Shown here: positions 58,996 to 64,000 of the stretch, piece after piece
Position numbering within the stretch: the first letter of the stretch is position 1
Layout: each line of letters starts with the position of its first letter
Origin: Azospirillum sp.
GTDB lineage: Bacteria > Pseudomonadota > Alphaproteobacteria > CACIAM-22H2
DNA length: 64,000 bases
NCBI GenBank assembly: GCA_020249045.1
Contig: JADCGK010000015.1
Span: forward strand, 4,944 to 68,943
Direction of reading: 5' to 3'
Notes under the pieces: model-generated
Database searches by the model: none
Told to the model about the DNA's origin: nothing
What the model saw: the letters and a program-made list of their open reading frames with translations, nothing else
Made by a program: the position numbers and the translations under genes

Positions 58996-60408
58996 ATGAG
59001 CGCCAACACCGCTTCGCTTCTCTATCTCGTCGCGTCGATCTGCTTCATCATGAGCTTGCGCGGCCTCGCGAGCCCGGAGACCGCCCGCGCGGGCAATTTC
59101 TGGGGCATCGCGGGCATGGTCGTGGCGATCCTCACGACGCTCGCCGGCCCCGGCATGGGCAATTTCGGCGTCATCGTCGCGGGCATCGTGATCGGCGGGG
59201 CCATCGGCACCTTCGTCGCCTTGCGCATCGAAATGACGGCGCTGCCCCAGCTCGTAGCCGCCTTCCACAGCCTCGTCGGTCTCGCGGCCGTGTTCGTGGC
59301 GGCGGCGACGCTCTATTCCCCGCAGAGCTTCGGAATCGGCGTGCCCGGCGCCATCAAGGCCGCCTCGCTGATCGAAATGGCGCTGGGAACGGCCATCGGC
59401 GCGATCACCTTCACGGGATCGCTGGTCGCCTTCGCCAAGCTGCAAGGCTTGGTGTCGGGCGCGCCGCTGCAATTCCCGATGCAGCACCAGTTCAACGCGC
59501 TGCTCGGCGTGCTGATCGTCGCCAACATCGTCTGGCTGTCGATGACGGGCAGCCCTGTCGCGTTCTGGGTATTGGTGCTGCTGTCGCTGGCGCTCGGCTT
59601 CCTGCTGATCCTGCCGATCGGCGGTGCGGACATGCCGGTCGTCGTGTCGATGCTGAACTCCTACTCGGGGTGGGCGGCGTGCGGCATCGGCTTCACGCTG
59701 CAGAATCCGCTGCTGATCGTCACCGGCGCGTTGGTCGGTTCGTCGGGCGCCATCCTGTCCTATGTCATGTGCAAGGGCATGAACCGCTCGATCTTCAATG
59801 TGATCCTGGGCGGCTTCGGCACCGACGCGGCGGGTGCCGCCGCGGGCGGCGGCGGCGCCAAGGAGCAGCGTCCGGTCAAGCAGGGCTCGGCCGACGACGC
59901 GGTCTTCATCATGAAGAACGCAAGCTCGGTCATCATCGTTCCCGGCTACGGCATGGCGGTCGCCCAAGCCCAGCACGCGCTGCGCGAGATGGCGGACCTG
60001 CTGAAGAAGGAAGGCGTGTCGGTGCGCTATGCGATCCACCCGGTCGCGGGGCGCATGCCCGGGCACATGAACGTGCTGCTGGCCGAAGCCAACGTGCCTT
60101 ACGACGAGGTGTTCGAACTCGACGACATCAACCGCGACTTCGCGCAAGCCGACGTCGCCTTCGTCATCGGCGCCAACGACGTGACCAACCCGGCCGCCAA
60201 GACCGATCCGAAAAGCCCGATCTACGGCATGCCGATTCTGGACGTCGAACGCGCCAAGACGGTGCTGTTCATCAAGCGCTCGATGGCTTCGGGCTACGCG
60301 GGCGTCGAGAACGAGTTGTTCTTCCGCGACAACACGATGATGCTGTTCGGCGACGCCAAGAAGGTCGTCGAAGACATCGTCAAAGCGGCGGGCGGCGGAT
60401 CGCACTGA
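58996..60408 (+). CDS. pntB: NAD(P) transhydrogenase subunit beta
   Basis: An N-terminal multi-TM region and a C-terminal dIII NADP(H)-binding domain (…IIVPGYGMAVAQAQH…). Confidence 0.95.
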   Translation: MSANTASLLYLVASICFIMSLRGLASPETARAGNFWGIAGMVVAILTTLAGPGMGNFGVIVAGIVIGGAIGTFVALRIEMTALPQLVAAFHSLVGLAAVFVAAATLYSPQSFGIGVPGAIKAASLIEMALGTAIGAITFTGSLVAFAKLQGLVSGAPLQFPMQHQFNALLGVLIVANIVWLSMTGSPVAFWVLVLLSLALGFLLILPIGGADMPVVVSMLNSYSGWAACGIGFTLQNPLLIVTGALVGSSGAILSYVMCKGMNRSIFNVILGGFGTDAAGAAAGGGGAKEQRPVKQGSADDAVFIMKNASSVIIVPGYGMAVAQAQHALREMADLLKKEGVSVRYAIHPVAGRMPGHMNVLLAEANVPYDEVFELDDINRDFAQADVAFVIGANDVTNPAAKTDPKSPIYGMPILDVERAKTVLFIKRSMASGYAGVENELFFRDNTMMLFGDAKKVVEDIVKAAGGGSH

Positions 60409-60429
60409 GCGCCCGCCTTCGTCGGCGAA

Positions 60430-60480
60430 ATCGGCCGCCGCCGGGGTCCGCCTCGGCGGCGGTTTTCGTTTCGGGGTAAC
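60430..60480 (+). terminator. Probable rho-independent terminator after pntB
   Basis: GC-rich inverted repeat CCGCCGCC…GGCGGCGG followed by TTTTCGTTTC. Confidence 0.5.
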
Positions 60481-60533
60481 GCCCCACGCGGCGGCGCCGT
60501 CGGCATGGCGGGCTTACGCGCGGGGCCGGACGC

Positions 60534-62117
60534 TCACGCGCCCCGTCGGATGAAATCGGCGCAACGCGCGCCGACCATCAACGCGGCCGGTTGGATGTTC
60601 GGCGACGGAATCAGCGGAAAGACCGAGGCGTCGGCGATGCGCAAACCCGACACGCCGTTGACCCGCAGATGCGGATCGACGACCGCGCGCGCGTCCGAAC
60701 CCATGCGCGCCGTGCCGCACGGGTGGAAAACGGTGCCCGCCGTGTCGCGGATGCTGGCGCGCAACGCCGCGTCGTCCGTACCTTCGGGTCGCAGCGTCTC
60801 CACCAGCAGATCGCGGAACGGCGCCTCGGCGAATATCCGCCGGCAAAAGCGCGCGGCGGCCAGCATCGCGTCGAGATCGCGCGGATCGTCGAGATAATTG
60901 GCGCGGATGACCGGCCGCTCGAAGGGATCGGGACCGCGCAATTCAAGCGCGCCGCGACTTTCGGGCCGGCACAGGCCGTAATTCACCGCCACGCCCGGGT
61001 GGGGAAGCAAACCCTTGGCGAAGTCGAAGCTCGCGAAATTGACGAACAGCAACTGCGCGTCGGGTTCCTCCAGATCGGGCGCGGTCTTGAAGAACGCCGT
61101 CGCCTCGCCCGCGCTGATCGTGAAGGGGCCGGCCGCATGGGCGAGCCATTGCCAGGCCATTTTCGCCCAGCCGACGGGCGAGCGGGTGAGTTCGTTCAAC
61201 GTGCCGCACGGCCTGGTGCGGAAGATGTATTTGGCGATCAGATGGTCCTGCAGGTTCCGGCCGACCTCGGGCGCGTCGTGCACCGGGACAATCCCGTGTG
61301 CGGCCAGATGCGCCGCCGGCCCCACGCCGGACAGCATCAAGAGCTGGGGAGTTTCGATGGCGCCGCAGGAAACGACGATCTCGCGCGCCGCACGGAACGT
61401 GCCGGCGGTCGTTTCGACCCCCGTCGCGCGTTTGGCCTCGAACGTCAGGCGCAAGGCGCGGGCGCCCGTGACGACGCGCAGATTGGGTCGCGCCATGGCC
61501 GGCCGCAGGGCCGCGCGCGCCGAGGATGCGCGCAAGCGCCCGGCCACGTTCATCTGCACCGGCCCCACGCCTTCCAGCGTTTCGGCCGCGTTGACGTCGG
61601 CGAAGCGGGGCAACCCCGCCTTGACCGTGCTTTCGATGAAGGCGCGGCAAGCTTGCGAGAGTGTGGGCGGTTCGCGCACCGCGATGGGGCCGCGCGTGCC
61701 GCGCGCGTCGGACGGCGCGCCGCGCCAGTTTTCGAGCGACTTGAAGAACGGGGCGACGTCGTCCGAAGCCCAGCCGCGCGCGCCGGCCTGCGCCCAGCGG
61801 TCGTAGTCGCGCGGGCTGCCGCGCAAGTAGACGAGCCCGTTGACCGAACCCGCACCGCCCAGCACGCGCCCGCGCGGCCATTTGATCGACCGGCCGCCCA
61901 GATGCGGCTCGGGTTCCGTCGCGAAGCCGGGGTCGTAGCGCTTGTTCACGAAAAGCCGCGCATACCCGATCGGGACGGCGATCAACGGATCGCGGTCGGA
62001 CGGTCCCGCTTCGAGCAGCAGCACGCGCAAGGACGGATCCTCGGACAGGCGTGCCGCGACCACGCATCCGGCCGACCCGCCGCCCACCACGATCACGTCC
62101 GCGTCGAACTCCCCCAT
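60534..62117 (-). CDS. GMC-family oxidoreductase (choline dehydrogenase-like)
   Basis: An N-terminal FAD motif DVIVVGGGSAGCVVAARL and the GMC signatures. Confidence 0.9.
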   Translation of the reverse strand: MGEFDADVIVVGGGSAGCVVAARLSEDPSLRVLLLEAGPSDRDPLIAVPIGYARLFVNKRYDPGFATEPEPHLGGRSIKWPRGRVLGGAGSVNGLVYLRGSPRDYDRWAQAGARGWASDDVAPFFKSLENWRGAPSDARGTRGPIAVREPPTLSQACRAFIESTVKAGLPRFADVNAAETLEGVGPVQMNVAGRLRASSARAALRPAMARPNLRVVTGARALRLTFEAKRATGVETTAGTFRAAREIVVSCGAIETPQLLMLSGVGPAAHLAAHGIVPVHDAPEVGRNLQDHLIAKYIFRTRPCGTLNELTRSPVGWAKMAWQWLAHAAGPFTISAGEATAFFKTAPDLEEPDAQLLFVNFASFDFAKGLLPHPGVAVNYGLCRPESRGALELRGPDPFERPVIRANYLDDPRDLDAMLAAARFCRRIFAEAPFRDLLVETLRPEGTDDAALRASIRDTAGTVFHPCGTARMGSDARAVVDPHLRVNGVSGLRIADASVFPLIPSPNIQPAALMVGARCADFIRRGA

Positions 62118-62127
62118 TCGCCAAGTC

Positions 62128-62167
62128 TAAAACGAAAACCGCCGCGAAGGTCACCCTTCGCGGCGGT
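62128..62167 (-). terminator. Rho-independent terminator after rpsU (bidirectional hairpin)
   Basis: Perfect 12-bp stem CCGCCGCGAAGG-tcac-CCTTCGCGGCGG, with TTTTCGTTTT on the minus strand. Confidence 0.7.
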
Positions 62168-62203
62168 TTGGAATCCTGAGTTCGGCTCGAACCCGGCGAA
62201 AGC

Positions 62204-62407
62204 TCAGTAGCCTTCGCGCTCCATGCGCTTGCGCTGGAGCTTGCGCAGACGGCGCACCGCCTCCGCCTTCTCGCGCGCCTTCTTCTCCGAGGGCTTCTCG
62301 AAGTGGCGGCGCAGCTTCATCTCGCGGAAAATACCTTCGCGCTGCATCTTCTTCTTGAGCGCGCGCAGGGCCTGGTCGACATTGTTGTCGCGAACGATAA
62401 CTTGCAC
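62204..62407 (-). CDS. rpsU: 30S ribosomal protein S21
   Basis: [53 protein letters not shown] is canonical S21. Confidence 0.9.
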   Translation of the reverse strand: MQVIVRDNNVDQALRALKKKMQREGIFREMKLRRHFEKPSEKKAREKAEAVRRLRKLQRKRMEREGY

Positions 62408-62581
62408 GGGGAGCCCGGGCTCCTTTCTTGAACAATATCAAAGGGTTGAGCCGATACGACGGAGCCCGCCTGACTCGGCGATCCCAATCGAGAGCGCGCA
62501 TATAACACACGCCTTGGGCCCTGGCAAATGCCCGTTTTGACGGGCTTTTCGCGGCCCCCCGGGCGCCCTATCCTCTCCGTC

Positions 62582-63112
62582 ATGGCCATTTTGAAGATCG
62601 CCCGGATGGGGCACCCGGTTCTCGCCCGCCGGGCCGAACCCGTCCCCGACCCCACGGCACCGGAAATCCGCGCGCTGGTCGCGGACATGGTCGATACCAT
62701 GATCGACGCCCCCGGGACGGGTCTTGCGGCACCGCAAGTCCATGTGCCCTTGCGCGTGGTCGTGTTTCTGGTGCGCAAGGAACGTTGCACCGATTTGCCG
62801 GGCGATGGGCCGGTCGACCTGACCGTGTTGATCAACCCAGAACTGACGCCGCTGGGCGCGGAAACCGACAAAGGCTGGGAGGGGTGCCTGTCCGTTCCCG
62901 GCCTGACCGGCAACGTGCCGCGCCATCGGCGCTTGCGCTACGCGGGCTACGGGCTCGACGGCAAGCGCTTCGAGCGCGAGGCGGCGGGTTTCCATGCCCG
63001 CGTCGTCCAGCACGAATGCGACCATCTCGACGGCATTCTCTATCCCCAGCGCATGGCGGATCTCGGCGAACTCGGTTTCGTCGAGGAAATCCGCAAGCGC
63101 GAAGCGCTTTGA
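62582..63112 (+). CDS. def: Peptide deformylase
   Basis: The motifs GxGxAAxQ (GTGLAAPQV), EGCLS and HEcDH (QHECDHLDG). Confidence 0.9.
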   Translation: MAILKIARMGHPVLARRAEPVPDPTAPEIRALVADMVDTMIDAPGTGLAAPQVHVPLRVVVFLVRKERCTDLPGDGPVDLTVLINPELTPLGAETDKGWEGCLSVPGLTGNVPRHRRLRYAGYGLDGKRFEREAAGFHARVVQHECDHLDGILYPQRMADLGELGFVEEIRKREAL

Positions 63113-63123
63113 CGGAGACGCAT

Positions 63124-63777
63124 ATGGCATTCGACCGCGACCTCGCGCGCGACCGCATCGTCGAGGCAGCACTGGCCCACGCGCCCTTCGACGGCTGGAC
63201 GGCCGCCACGCTCGCCCAAGCCGCGCAGGATGCCGGCTACGATCCCGCGACGGCGCTGCGGGTTTTTCCCGGCGGGCCGCTCGCCGCCATCGCGCATTGG
63301 GCCGCGATGGCCGACCGCGCGATGCTCGCCGCGATCGAGGCCGAAGGGGCCGCGTTCCAATCCCTCAAGGTCCGCGAGAAGATCGCGCGCGCCATCCGCT
63401 TGCGCCTGACGCCGTTGGCCGCGCATCGCGAGGCGGTCCGCCGCGCGTTGGCCGTGCTGGCGCTGCCGCAGGGTCTGCCGGTGTCGCTGCGTACGGTGTG
63501 GGCGACGGTCGACGCGGTTTGGTACGCCGCGGGCGATCGCGCCACGGACTTCAACCACTACACCAAGCGCGGCCTTGCCGCGGGCGTCTATTCGGCGACG
63601 CTGCTGCATTGGCTCGAAGACAAATCCGAGGGGCAGGCCGATACCTGGGCCTTCCTCGATCGCCGCATCGCGAACGTGATGGCGTTGCCCAAGGCGATGG
63701 GCGGGGCGAAGGCGAAGCTCGAGGCGGTCGCCTCTCCCCTCAAACCGTTCTTCGCGAAGTTCAAGCGCGCGGGGTGA
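63124..63777 (+). CDS. COQ9-family protein ('rpsU-divergently transcribed protein', ubiquinone biosynthesis accessory)
   Basis: A 217-aa helical protein with conserved synteny, divergent from rpsU, as for the TIGR02396/COQ9 family. Confidence 0.7.
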   Translation: MAFDRDLARDRIVEAALAHAPFDGWTAATLAQAAQDAGYDPATALRVFPGGPLAAIAHWAAMADRAMLAAIEAEGAAFQSLKVREKIARAIRLRLTPLAAHREAVRRALAVLALPQGLPVSLRTVWATVDAVWYAAGDRATDFNHYTKRGLAAGVYSATLLHWLEDKSEGQADTWAFLDRRIANVMALPKAMGGAKAKLEAVASPLKPFFAKFKRAG

Positions 63778-64000
63778 TCACGGCGCGGGCGCGCCCGGTC
63801 CCTCGGCCAATTCCTTGACCCGCTCGCCCCACTCGGCTTCGAGCGAAACCTGCCGACGCTGGAGCTGACGAAGACGGTTCTCGGCCCGCCGCTCGTAGAT
63901 CGCGTTCATCACGATCGGGAACAGCCAGCACAGCCCCCACGCGAACAGCGCCGCCGCGTAGACCGCGACCCAGGCGAAGGCGTTGCTCAGAATGTCGCGC
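63778..64000 (-). CDS. Hypothetical membrane protein, TM helix + coiled-coil (FtsB/DivIC-like). Partial: the gene's 5' portion extends beyond the window.
   Basis: My hand translation of the minus strand gives …AFAWVAVYAAALFAWGLCWLFPIVMNAIYERRAENRLRQLQRRQVSLEAEWGERVKELAEGPGAPAP*. It is open to the window edge. Confidence 0.3.
   Translation of the reverse strand, partial: RDILSNAFAWVAVYAAALFAWGLCWLFPIVMNAIYERRAENRLRQLQRRQVSLEAEWGERVKELAEGPGAPAP

Overview
Reading: a high-GC (~68-70%) core chromosomal segment of an alphaproteobacterium (Rhodospirillales/Rhodobacterales-like), densely packed with housekeeping and metabolic genes. I see no CRISPR array, IS element, prophage or tRNA; the only recombinase is a housekeeping-type XerD.

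Recognisable blocks:
- An MlaEFD-type lipid ABC transporter with a STAS-fused permease and an auxiliary lipoprotein.
- aroK-aroB, divergent from an Ala-rich secreted protein and xerD.
- A C2/glyoxylate assimilation cluster: malate synthase A (carrying an unusual ~135-aa Lys/Ala/Pro-repeat N-terminal tail), L-malyl-CoA lyase, accA and meaB, followed by rpmB and a strong terminator.
- The cell-cycle pair rnhB-ccrM, with three GANTC sites clustered in the ccrM leader, next to a DUF1013 gene whose leader carries two hairpins.
- A sugar ABC transporter, an SDR, an MFS transporter and assorted hydrolases.
- A photo-oxidative-stress type operon, photolyase-FAD oxidoreductase-DUF1365-cfa, preceded by a sigmaE(RpoE)-like TGATCC-N17-GTAAAGA promoter.
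- A ligase-less Lhr helicase/PdeM DNA-damage module, with two unknown small ORFs upstream.
- An RND efflux pair, a TPR-GT9 protein, an RcdA-like DUF1465 protein and hsp20.
- A large PilZ-domain protein; metY followed by an alpha/beta-hydrolase and a thioesterase; pntAA-AB-B; a GMC oxidoreductase; and rpsU divergent from def-COQ9.

Several very long ORFs in the track (for example 8328..12176, 10304..12856, 2058..4064, 44133..47600, 54992..57121) look like GC-driven frame artefacts overlapping real genes. Start coordinates are approximate where noted. All functional calls come from my own reading of motifs and families in the translations, not from database searches.
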